A stretch of DNA of 64,000 nucleotides, from positions 345,626 to 409,625 of the forward strand of contig CAVPLP010000002.1 of the NCBI GenBank assembly GCA_963706075.1, written 5' to 3'. The notes below the pieces were generated by a model. That model had not been told where the DNA came from, ran no database searches, and was given only the letters and a program-made list of their open reading frames with translations. Position 1 is the first letter of the stretch, and the number at the start of each line of letters is the position of its first letter. This document shows, piece by piece, positions 1 through 9,131 of this stretch. The translations under genes and the position numbers were made by a program. The stretch is from an uncultured Actinomycetes bacterium. Lineage in GTDB: Bacteria > Actinomycetota > Thermoleophilia > Gaiellales > JAICJC01.

Positions 1-726
1 ATGCTCTTCGAGTTCGACACGCCCCGGGTGATGCGTCTCCTGGCGGCCGCGGGCGCGGACTTCGCGCTGTTCGACCTCGAGCACACCGCCTGGGACGTGG
101 AGTCGCTCCGGCACGCCTACGCGGCCGGCCGCGGCACGGGCGTCCACCCGATCACGCGGGTGGTGCGGGCCCAGTACACCCACGTCGCCCCGGCGCTCGA
201 CGCCGGCGCGCGCGGGATCATGGCGCCGATGATGGAGTCGGCGGACGAGGCCCGCGTGCTCGTCGACTCGGCCAGGTATCCGCCGGAGGGGAAGCGCGGC
301 TTCGGGGTCATCATGCGCGACGAGCTCGACGGGGGGCCGGCGGCGGCCGCGGAGCGGGCCAACCGCGACAACGTCCTGATCGCCCAGATCGAGTCTGAGG
401 CCGGCATCGAGCACGCGGCCGAGATCGTGGCCGTGCCCGGGATCGACGCCGTCTGGCTCGGGCAGTTCGACCTCTCGCTCTCGCTCGGCGTCCCCGGCGA
501 CTTCGGCCACCCGCGGTTCGACGAGGCGGTCGACCACCTGCTCGGCGTGTGCCGGTCGGCCGGGAAGCCACTCGGCCAGCTCATCGGCTCGGCGCAGGAC
601 GGCGCGGCCGCCGCCGCCCGCGGCTTTCAGATCCTGGCCTACGCCGACGTGTGGGTCTTCGAGAACGCGCTGCGCGAAGGGCTGGCCGCGCTCCGGGAAG
701 CCGCTACAACACCGCGATCGGGTTGA
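1..726 (+). CDS. HpcH/HpaI aldolase family protein (possibly 5'-truncated at the window edge)
   Basis: Motifs DLEH, LDAGARGIMAPM, RYPPEGKRG, QIES, GQFDLSLSLG. Confidence 0.9.
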   Translation: MLFEFDTPRVMRLLAAAGADFALFDLEHTAWDVESLRHAYAAGRGTGVHPITRVVRAQYTHVAPALDAGARGIMAPMMESADEARVLVDSARYPPEGKRGFGVIMRDELDGGPAAAAERANRDNVLIAQIESEAGIEHAAEIVAVPGIDAVWLGQFDLSLSLGVPGDFGHPRFDEAVDHLLGVCRSAGKPLGQLIGSAQDGAAAAARGFQILAYADVWVFENALREGLAALREAATTPRSG

Positions 727-1657
727 ACGGCGACCCCGTCCCGCCCTGGATGCGGAGCGGCGAGCACATGACGAGGAACTCCCAGCGCCCCTCCTCCTCG
801 CACGCCTTCGCGACGTCTTCGAGCTGGAGGCTGTCCGAGACGACCATCCCCATCGCCGTCACCTGAAGCGGGTGGATCGGGTAGAGGAGGCCGTCCACGG
901 TGCTCGGGACGGTCTCGCCGTCGCCGTCGGGCAGGAACGCGGCCACCCCGCGCTCGTGCATCCAGGGGATCGTGTCGACGTGGAGCCCCGCCTTGCCCTC
1001 GCCGTCGTAGCCGTTGTCCCAGGCCCCGAGCTCGACCCGGCGGCGGTGATGGCCCGTGCGAAACACGAAGATGTCGCCCTCCTCGACGCGCAGCCCCTGC
1101 GCCTCCTCGATCTCCTCGAGCTCGGCCCGCGCGACCGCCTCGCCCGGCTCGAGCCACTTGACGCCGCGGTGCCGCGGGACGTCGTAGAGGACGCCCCGCC
1201 CGATCACGCCGGCCGAGTAGTCGTCCATGTCGAGCGCCTGAGCGCCCTTGCTCTTCACGATGTCGACGGAGCGGCCGCCGTACAGCTTGCCGCCGTAGGA
1301 GACGTGGTTCAGCGCATCGATGTGGGTGTGGCAGTCGCCGTGGCTCTCCATCCCGAGGAAGCACATCGAGAACCGCAGCTTGCCGCCGCCGAAGTCCCAG
1401 TCGTGCATCTGCGTCATGTGGTGGATGGCGGGACTCGGGTTGTCTGGACCGGAAACGGTGTTGATGGGGATGGCCATCGACACGTGGCGGCCCGACTTCA
1501 CGAGGCCGCTCGCACGCTTCACGTGCTCGGGCGTGAGCAGGTTCAGCGTGCCGCGGACGTCGTCGTCACCCCACCGCCCCCAGTTCTTCACCGACTCGAA
1601 GATGGCCTCGAATTCGTCGAGAGACACGTCGGTGGGTCGACGTTCGGTGGTGCTCAT
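704..1657 (-). CDS. Cyclase / kynurenine formamidase-like metal-dependent hydrolase
   Basis: NWGRWG..DVRGTLN, HGDCHTHIDALNH, GGTGSPFNP; ATG at 1657 has a GGGGAG RBS. Confidence 0.9.
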   Translation of the reverse strand: MSTTERRPTDVSLDEFEAIFESVKNWGRWGDDDVRGTLNLLTPEHVKRASGLVKSGRHVSMAIPINTVSGPDNPSPAIHHMTQMHDWDFGGGKLRFSMCFLGMESHGDCHTHIDALNHVSYGGKLYGGRSVDIVKSKGAQALDMDDYSAGVIGRGVLYDVPRHRGVKWLEPGEAVARAELEEIEEAQGLRVEEGDIFVFRTGHHRRRVELGAWDNGYDGEGKAGLHVDTIPWMHERGVAAFLPDGDGETVPSTVDGLLYPIHPLQVTAMGMVVSDSLQLEDVAKACEEEGRWEFLVMCSPLRIQGGTGSPFNPIAVL

Positions 1658-1741
1658 CCGGCCACTCCCCTTGCTGTCGATGTCCGTCCCCGATCTGGGA
1701 TCGAACAGCACAGCGCCGGAGCCTGTCAAGCGCAGAGGCGG

Positions 1742-2189
1742 CTACGCACGGGTCGCGCGGGCGCGGAGCGAGAGCTTGAACGTCGCTCCCTGACACGCGT
1801 TGGCGACGGTCGTCGGCATCGTGACCTGGAGGACGACGGTCTTCGACTTGTGCGCAGGGATGACCAGGCGGCGCGTGCTCGTCGAGATGAGGCCGAGGTT
1901 CGCGGGGGCGCCCGGTGCAGCCGGCCTTGGTCGTCTTCGCGGCGGCCTTGCCCGTCGGGGTCGCCACCCGGATCGCGAACGCATACGTGTTCGTGATCTT
2001 GACCCTGAGCGGGCGGGTCGCGCCGGGGTAGAGGCCCGTGACGGGCACGCCCTTGATCCCGAAGCCCTTCTTGACCGACGCGATCAGCTCGATGTCGCGG
2101 CCGTCCCCGCCGGGATGCCTGGCGTGCGTCACCGAGGCGACGGCGGCCGAGGCGGCGACGAGGGCGATGAGCGGGGCGAGGAATCGCAT
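1742..2189 (-). CDS. Small secreted TasA/CalY-like fibre subunit, split by a frameshift near 1910
   Basis: Signal peptide, GLYPG, KAGCTG, then continues in another frame as APANL...NACQGATFKLSL; shares motifs with 4466..4951. Confidence 0.7.
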
Positions 2190-4455
2190 GGTATGGCGAG
2201 AAGGTGAAGGTGGTGGACGTGGTGGCGGTGTTGCCGGCCGAGTCGGTCACGAGCGCGCGGAGCGTGTAGCCGGTCGCGTTCGTGAATGCAGCCGCCGCCA
2301 TCGGGAACGACCAGGACGGCAGCGCGAGCGTCGTGTTCGAGAGCACCTCGGTGGCCGACGAGAAGGTCGCAGGGCCGGGGTTCCAGTAGAGGCTCGGGGC
2401 CGCCGACTGGCGGAAGCTGACCTGCACCTTGGCGACGCCGGCGGTCGCGTCGGTCGCAGTGCCGCAGACGTCGGCCACAAGCGCCGTCGAGCAGCCGGCC
2501 GCCCAGCCGCCGGCGTACCCCGCCGTCGGGAACGTGATCGCGACGGTCGGCGCGGTGTTGTCGACCGTGACCGTCTGGTTCGACGTCGTGGTCGCGTTCC
2601 CGGCGTTGTCGGTCGCCGTCAGCGTGTAGGTCTTGGAGCCTGCGCTCAGCGTCGCGTTGGCGGTCGTCGCCGCGCTGGTGAACCCGTGGGCCACTCCGCC
2701 GGCGCTGCACGACGAGACGCAGGCCGGCATGACGAGCGCGGTCTGGCCGGTGGTCAGGTTGCTCGCCTTGGCGGTGAGCTTCCAGATCCCGCTCGCCGCG
2801 TCGCTCGTGTCGCCGTAGACGATGTAGTCGCGGGCCTGGCTCAGATAGCCTGGGACGTTGGTCACGACCGTCGCAACCGCCGCCGACGAAACGGTCGGAG
2901 CGGTGTTGTCGGCCGTCGCGCCGCCCGTAGTCGTGCCCGCGTTGTTGGCGTTGTCGGTCGCCGTGACGGTGAAGCTCACGGCGCCCGCTGCCAGCGACGA
3001 GCTCGCGGTCTTGTTGGCGCTCTTGTAGGCGTAGGTGACGCCGCCGATCGTGCAGCCGGTGGTGCACGCCGACAGAGCGAGCGCCGTCTGCCCGCTCGTG
3101 ATCGTCGAGACGTTCGCCTTGACGGTGAGGATGCCACTCGCCGCGTCGGTCGCGTTGGCGTACACGTTATAGGAGCCGCTCTTTCGCAGCCAGCCGGGCA
3201 CGCTCGTGGTGGTCGTCGCAACGGCGAGCGCGGTCACGGTCGGCGCCGTGTTGTCGACCGCCACCGAGAACGAGCCGGTGGTCGCCCCCGAGGCCTTGTC
3301 GGTGGCCGTCACCGTGAAGGCGATCGGGCCCGCGCCGAGGGTGCCGGCGGTCTTGCTCGAGCTCTTGTAGCCATACGTGATGCCGGCGACGGTGCAGCTC
3401 GACGTGCAGGCGCTGAGCGTGAGGGCCGTCTGGCCCGAGGTCAGCGCGCTCACGTCGGTCTTCACGGTGGTGATGCCGCTGGCGGGTGCGCCGCCGTCGG
3501 TGGCGTTGGCGTACACGATGTAGGTGCCGCCCGACTTGACGAAGCCCGGCGTGGTCGACCCACTCGTCAGCACCGTGGCCGCGCTCACCGTCGGGGCGGT
3601 GTTGTCGACGGTGCCGGAGACGCTGAACGTGCCGGTTCCGCCGGCCTTGTCGGTCGCTGTGACGGGGACCGACAAGGCCCCCTGCGCGACGGGAGACCCG
3701 GCGGTCGTGACGGCACTCTTGAACCCGTAGGTCGTGCCGCCGATCGTGCAGCTCGACGTGCATGCCGGAAGCGCGAGGGCGGTCACGCCGGCGTTCAGGG
3801 TGCTGACGTCGGCCGTGACGGTGGCGATGCCGCTCGCCGGCGAGCCTCCATCGGTGGCGCTGGCGTACACCACGTAGGTGCCGCCCTGGCGGACGTACCC
3901 GACGCCCGAGGTCGCCGACGCGACGATAACGCCCGCCGAGACGGTGGGGCTGGTGTTGTCGGCGACGACCGAGAACGACGTCGGCGAGCCGGTGTTCGAG
4001 GCGTTGTCGGTGCCCCAGACCGTGAACGACGTCGTGCCCTGTGTGAGGCCCGCATCCGCCGTGATCGGTGCGCTCGACCACGTGTAGGTCGTCGCCCCGA
4101 TCGTGCACGACGAGACGCACGGGCTGAGGACCACCGAGGAGGCTCCGGCGGCAAGGGCCGAGACGTTCGATCGGGCAGACGCGACGCCTGTGCCACCCGG
4201 ATCCGTGATCTTGGCGTAAACAATGAACTGCCCGCCCGCCCGCACGCCGCCGCCCGCCGCGGTCATCCCGACCGGGGCGATCGTGGCGCTGTTCACGCTC
4301 GGGGCGTGAAAGTCGGGGCTGGCCTGCGCCACGCCGCTCCCGGTGCCGGGAACGGTCCACGACGCCACCGCCGGCGCCACCGCGGTCACGAGGACCGCGG
4401 CGGCGACGACGAGGAATCGGGGGCGGGCCACGCCCCTGAGGCGGGCCGGCAGCAC
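2190..4455 (-). CDS. Large secreted Thr/Ser/Ala-rich protein with five ~117-aa Ig-like CxxxC repeats plus a terminal Ig-like domain (candidate adhesin)
   Basis: Signal ending AVASWT; repeated DNTAPTV...VYANATD...CTSSCTIGG..Y...TATD; the ORF runs on into low-complexity sequence after TFTFSP, so the stop near 2190 is probably lost. Confidence 0.8.
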
Positions 4456-4465
4456 GGCGGCGGGC

Positions 4466-4951
4466 CTAGCTGCTCGCGGCGGTTGCGGTCAGGTGCAGCG
4501 TGAAGGACGCGCCCTGGCAGGGGTCGCCGGCGGCACCGCTCATCGACACGGCATCCGTCGCGTCGACGTCGAGGGTGTCGTTCGCCGGAACGTCCCAGCC
4601 CGAGCCGCCGTTGTTCTGAGCCACGAACGAGAGCGTGCTCAGATCGCAGCCGCTGTGGCCGGCGTCGACCGAGAAGCCGTTCGTGCCCTGGCCGGTGTCG
4701 AGCGCGATGGCCGACACGTGGACGGGGAACGGGTTGTCATTCGCGATCGTGGTCGCCACGTCGGCGCTGCCGTTCGGGTACAGAGCCGAGGCGGGCGAGC
4801 CGGGCGTCAGGGTGAGGTTGGTCGCGCTGGCCGCCGAGGCCGAGCCGGTGCCGCTACCGCTGACGGTCCAGGCGCCGTACGCCGCTACACCGGCGACGAG
4901 CAGTCCGGTCACCGCAACAGCGACGAGGCGTGAGATATGAGTGCGGGTCAT
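4466..4951 (-). CDS. Small secreted TasA/CalY-like fibre subunit with SipW-class signal peptide
   Basis: RBS AGAGGA; signal ending AAYGAWT, ALYPNG, NDNPFPV, two Cys, C-terminal CQGASFTL. Confidence 0.8.
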   Translation of the reverse strand: MTRTHISRLVAVAVTGLLVAGVAAYGAWTVSGSGTGSASAASATNLTLTPGSPASALYPNGSADVATTIANDNPFPVHVSAIALDTGQGTNGFSVDAGHSGCDLSTLSFVAQNNGGSGWDVPANDTLDVDATDAVSMSGAAGDPCQGASFTLHLTATAASS

Positions 4952-5088
4952 GAGAGAGTCCTCTTGGGGGGAAGGGGAGCGTTGTCCGCTCGGGCAGCGG
5001 ACTACTCTCAAGATCGGGCATTTTGGGGATCTGCGCATGACGCAGAAAGGGGATCCGGCGAGCGCCCAAATCGAACACGACGTCACGG

Positions 5089-6231
5089 TCAACGCTGGGT
5101 ATGGCCGAGTATCCACTGTGCCAGATGCCCGGCGTGCTGCGCGGGGGTGCTCCCCGAGGGCGTCCGCAGGGGCTTCGGCTTGGCCGGCTGGCTCGAGCCG
5201 GACGTGAGCACCAGCGCAACCACCAGCGTCACGGCGGCGGCCACCGCCAGCGCGACCGCCGCGGCAACGGCGCGTCGAGCCTGACCACTTCGCGTTCTGA
5301 ACGTTCGCCGCCGGCCGGGGAGTGCGACCGTCCGGGCGTCGGCGGTGGACGACGCCGCGTGGGTCACGACGGTGGAGTGTCCTCTTTCGCCGGCACTCGA
5401 AAGCCGGGCGGCGAGCTCCTCCGCGGTTGGACGATCGGCCGGCGAGACGGCGAGGCAGGCGAGCACCGCGGCCTCGAGATCCGGCCCCGTTTCGGGACGC
5501 AGCTTGCGGAGCGGTGGGACGGGCTTCGTGCGCTTGGCGAGCATCAGGTCGGGAAGCGAGTCTCCGGGATGCGGCGGGCGGCCGGCAAGAAGCTCGTACA
5601 GCACGACCCCGAGCGCGTAGACGTCGGCTGCTGCCGTAACCGGCTCGCCACCAGCGTGCTCGGGCGCCAGGTAGCGGGCCGTGCCGACGATGCTGCCGGT
5701 GAGCGTGAGCCGTGTCTGGTCGAGCGCGCGTGCGACGCCGAAGTCGGCGATCTTGACCGCTCCGCCCGTCGTGACCAGCAGGTTCTGAGGCTTCACGTCG
5801 CGATGGACGAGACCGGCGGCGTGCGCGCAACCGAGCCCCGAACACGTCTGCTGCCCGATCTCGAGCACGCGCTGCGGTGCGAGCCGTCGTTCGCGGCGCA
5901 GAGTGTCGCCAAGCGATTCGCCCGCGACGTACTCCATGACGATGAACGGCCTGCCGGCCTCCTGGCCGACGTCGAACACCTGGACGATGTTCGGGTGGCT
6001 GAGCCGGGCGGCGATCCGCCCCTCCCGCGCGAAGCGGGCCCGAAACCCGTCGTCGCCGGCAACATGGTCGGCGAGGAACTTGATCGCCACGGGCCGGCCG
6101 AGCTCGGTGTCGTGAGCCAGGTACACGACGGCCATCCCGCCACGCCCAAGCGTTCCGTCGATCCGAAATCGACCGAGTGCGGTGGGTGCGGTGCTAATCC
6201 TCGCCTCCGTCTCCGCCGTGGTCGTGGCCAT
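5089..6231 (-). CDS. Hanks-type Ser/Thr protein kinase with C-terminal TM helix
   Basis: LGRGGMAVVY, VAIK, HRDVKPQN, DFG, GTARYLAPE; start approximate. Confidence 0.93.
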   Translation of the reverse strand: MATTTAETEARISTAPTALGRFRIDGTLGRGGMAVVYLAHDTELGRPVAIKFLADHVAGDDGFRARFAREGRIAARLSHPNIVQVFDVGQEAGRPFIVMEYVAGESLGDTLRRERRLAPQRVLEIGQQTCSGLGCAHAAGLVHRDVKPQNLLVTTGGAVKIADFGVARALDQTRLTLTGSIVGTARYLAPEHAGGEPVTAAADVYALGVVLYELLAGRPPHPGDSLPDLMLAKRTKPVPPLRKLRPETGPDLEAAVLACLAVSPADRPTAEELAARLSSAGERGHSTVVTHAASSTADARTVALPGRRRTFRTRSGQARRAVAAAVALAVAAAVTLVVALVLTSGSSQPAKPKPLRTPSGSTPAQHAGHLAQWILGHTQR

Positions 6232-6649
6232 GGCCGTGGCCACGGCCGGGCCCGTTCCCTTGCCCCTGGTCGTGACCGGGAGGCTTGTGGTCATTCTTCG
6301 GCTTCGCCGCCGGCGGCGGGACACAGGTGATCTCGTCCACCAGCGAGCCAACCGACGCCGAGAGCGGCGTTCGCAGTGCAGAGGGCACGTCCCCGGAGGT
6401 GATCGCGCTGTCGACCATCAGTCGCAGCTGGGCGGCCTCGGCCGCCGCTCCACAGGCGTCGCCACGGTCGAGGCTGGCCTGAACCGTGCTCGCCGTCTCG
6501 GCCAGCCGGGCGCCGAGGGCATGCGGCAGCCTCGGGGGATCCGAGGATGACCCGCTGCCCCCGCATCCCGCAGTCACGACGACGAGCACAACGCCGCCGC
6601 GAGCAGTCCATCCGATCAGCCGTCGCATCCCGCGCTGATGAATGCCCAA
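6194..6649 (-). CDS. Putative lipoprotein with Gly/His-rich tail
   Basis: Lipobox-like VTAGC; tail GHGHGHDHGG; overlaps the kinase start. Confidence 0.65.
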   Translation of the reverse strand: MGIHQRGMRRLIGWTARGGVVLVVVTAGCGGSGSSSDPPRLPHALGARLAETASTVQASLDRGDACGAAAEAAQLRLMVDSAITSGDVPSALRTPLSASVGSLVDEITCVPPPAAKPKNDHKPPGHDQGQGNGPGRGHGHGHDHGGDGGED

Positions 6650-6701
6650 GCCTCCTCCCGCCTACTCCGCGCACCTTAGCCGCCCGGCGCCGCCGGGATC
6701 C

Positions 6702-8675
6702 TCAGAGCTCGACGTACGCGCCGACCTCGAACACACGGTCGGGCGGGATGCGGTACCAGCGGGCGACCGGGATCGAGTTCTGGTGCAGGAGCGCGAAGAG
6801 GCGCTTGCGCCACGGGGCCATGCGGGCGCGGCCGGTGGGCAGGATCGTCACATGGTCGACGTAGTACGACGTGTGGTCGAGGTCGATTTCGAGGCCCTGC
6901 CGACTGGCCTGCTCCAGCGCCGCCACGACGTCGGGCTCGTCCTGGTAGCCGTAGGTCGCGGTGATCGCGACGAAGCCGAGCCGGAGCATCTCGATCGAGA
7001 CGCGTGCGGCCTCGTCGACGTGAGGAACGGCGACGGTATGGACCTTCACGAGGACGACCTGCTCGTGGACGATGCCGTTGTGCTCGGCGTTGTTCAGGAG
7101 CGCGGTCGGCACGGTGTCGAGCGACGTCGTCAGGAAGACGGCGCTTCCCGGGATCCTGTTCGGCGGGTCGTCGATCATCCGGTTGATGTACCGGCGCAGC
7201 GAGACGCGCCCCTCCCGCATGGCGCGCGCCAGCGTGATGCGGCCGCGGTGCCAGGTCGTGAGGATCGTGAAGAAGACGGCTCCGACCACGAGCGGGAACC
7301 AGCCGCCGCTCAGGATCTTGGTGAGGTTGGCGGCGAAGAACGTGAGCTCAATCGAGATGAAGAACACCGCGCCCGGGATGACGACCTTGAGCGGCTTTCG
7401 CCACAGCGTCCGGAACACGACGAATGCGAGGAACGTGTTGGAGGCGAAGATCGCGCTGAGGGCGATCCCATAGGCGTTCGCGAGGCCGGTCGGGGAGCGG
7501 AACGTGAGCACGAGCACGATCACCGCAAACAGGAGGAGCCAGTTCACGATGGGGATGTAGATCTGCCCGATGATCTTCTTCGACGTGTGCCGGATGCTCA
7601 TGCGCGGCAGGAATCCGAGCTGGATCACCTGCTGCGTGACCGAGAACGCGCCCGAGATGACGGCCTGCGACGCGATCACGGTGGCGATGGTGGCAAGCAC
7701 GACCATGGCCTTCTGACCCGTCTGCCCTCCGGGCACCAGGAAGAAGAACGGGTTCACGATCGTCGCGGGGTGCGCCAGGATCAGGGCGCCCTGGCCCATG
7801 TAGTTCAGGAGCAGGGCCGGGAAGGCCAGCAGGAGCCAGGCGCGGGTGATCGCCTGCCGGCCGAAGTGGCCCATGTCGGCGTAGATCGCCTCGGCGCCGG
7901 TCACCGCCAGGAAGACGGATCCGAGGGCGAAGAACCCCATCTTCGGGTCGTCGGCCAGGAACTGCCCGGCGTAGGTCGGCGAGAGCGCCCGGATGATGCC
8001 GGGATGCGCCGCGACCTCCTTCGCGCCCAGGGCGCCGAGGACCAGGAACCACACCACCATGATCGGCCCGAACAGCCCGCCCACGGCGCCGGTGCCGAAC
8101 CGCTGGAGCGCGAACAGGCCGATGAGGATCGCGAGCGAGAACGGCACGATCTGGGACGCCAGGGCGGGCGACGCCACCTGGAGTCCGGAGACGGCCGACA
8201 CGACCGAGATCGCGGGCGTCAGCATACCGTCGCCATAGAAGAGCGACGCACCGAGCACCCCGACGATGACGAGACCGGTCTTCCGGCGGGTCTTGACGAC
8301 GCGCTCGATCAGGGCGACCAGCGCCATGATGCCGCCCTCGCCGTGATTGTCGACGCGCAGGATCAGGAGCACGTACTTCAGCGTGACGATGAGCATCAAC
8401 GCCCAGAAGATCAGCGACAGGGCTCCATAGACGCGCACCGGCGAGGGCGCCATCGGATGGTCGCCGCTGAAGAGGAGCTGCACCGTGTACAGCGGGCTCG
8501 TACCGATGTCGCCGTACACGACGCCGAGCGCGCCGAGCGACAACGCCGTCGCTCCCCATCGAGTCGAGCGTCCGGCCTCCTCGTGACCAGCGGCGACATC
8601 TGCCTTCGCCCGTCGCGCGCGCGACGGCGCCGCCAGCGTGCCCTCCGTCGCGGCCATGCTCACGTCAGCGCTCAC
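6702..8675 (-). CDS. kup: KUP/HAK/KT potassium transporter
   Basis: LGVVYGDIGTSPLY, GEGG, YGDGMLTPAISV, GAEAIYADMGHFG. Confidence 0.97.
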   Translation of the reverse strand: MSADVSMAATEGTLAAPSRARRAKADVAAGHEEAGRSTRWGATALSLGALGVVYGDIGTSPLYTVQLLFSGDHPMAPSPVRVYGALSLIFWALMLIVTLKYVLLILRVDNHGEGGIMALVALIERVVKTRRKTGLVIVGVLGASLFYGDGMLTPAISVVSAVSGLQVASPALASQIVPFSLAILIGLFALQRFGTGAVGGLFGPIMVVWFLVLGALGAKEVAAHPGIIRALSPTYAGQFLADDPKMGFFALGSVFLAVTGAEAIYADMGHFGRQAITRAWLLLAFPALLLNYMGQGALILAHPATIVNPFFFLVPGGQTGQKAMVVLATIATVIASQAVISGAFSVTQQVIQLGFLPRMSIRHTSKKIIGQIYIPIVNWLLLFAVIVLVLTFRSPTGLANAYGIALSAIFASNTFLAFVVFRTLWRKPLKVVIPGAVFFISIELTFFAANLTKILSGGWFPLVVGAVFFTILTTWHRGRITLARAMREGRVSLRRYINRMIDDPPNRIPGSAVFLTTSLDTVPTALLNNAEHNGIVHEQVVLVKVHTVAVPHVDEAARVSIEMLRLGFVAITATYGYQDEPDVVAALEQASRQGLEIDLDHTSYYVDHVTILPTGRARMAPWRKRLFALLHQNSIPVARWYRIPPDRVFEVGAYVEL

Positions 8676-8678
8676 CGT

Positions 8679-9131
8679 CTACTCCGGCAGAGCCTTGGGA
8701 TGAGATGACGGGATCGCCTGCCGGCGGCGCGCGGCGCGCCTCGCCGGAACGATCGCCACATCGGGCGCCACTCCGCGGGCGGCACGACGCACGCCCCACG
8801 ACGCACTGCCGACCAGGACGAGGGCATCGACCGGCCACGCCGCCTGGAGCAGCGCGGCGACGCTCCTGCACGGCACGATCTCGACGCGTGCCGGCGGGGT
8901 GAGCGAGCCTCCGATCTCGTCGGCGGCGTCGCGCAGCCGCTCGAGCCGGGCGGCGAGCCGCTGCGGCCAGGCGGTGATCGGGAGCGTCGCCGGAAGCACC
9001 GCCGGGATGAGGACGCGCACGACCTTGATCTCGTTTCGAGGCGCCGCCCGGAGCGCGTCGGCGAAGGCCCCGGTCAGGAGCTGGGGCTCGATGCGGGAGT
9101 CGGTGCAGACGATCAGGATGTGGCGTCTCAT
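8679..9131 (-). CDS. Hypothetical protein, degenerate USP-like alpha/beta fold
   Basis: Coupled to the APC gene (ATGA overlap); RHILIV start and DALVLVG motif resemble USP. Confidence 0.6.
   Translation of the reverse strand: MRRHILIVCTDSRIEPQLLTGAFADALRAAPRNEIKVVRVLIPAVLPATLPITAWPQRLAARLERLRDAADEIGGSLTPPARVEIVPCRSVAALLQAAWPVDALVLVGSASWGVRRAARGVAPDVAIVPARRAARRRQAIPSSHPKALPE

Noticed and set aside
1726-2189. C-terminal extension of the 909-aa ORF
   Set aside because: Arg/Pro-rich shadow translation overlapping the next real gene; stop probably lost near 2192.
2557-4320. CRISPR-like or mobile repeat array
   Set aside because: Repeats are degenerate, in frame and protein-coding.
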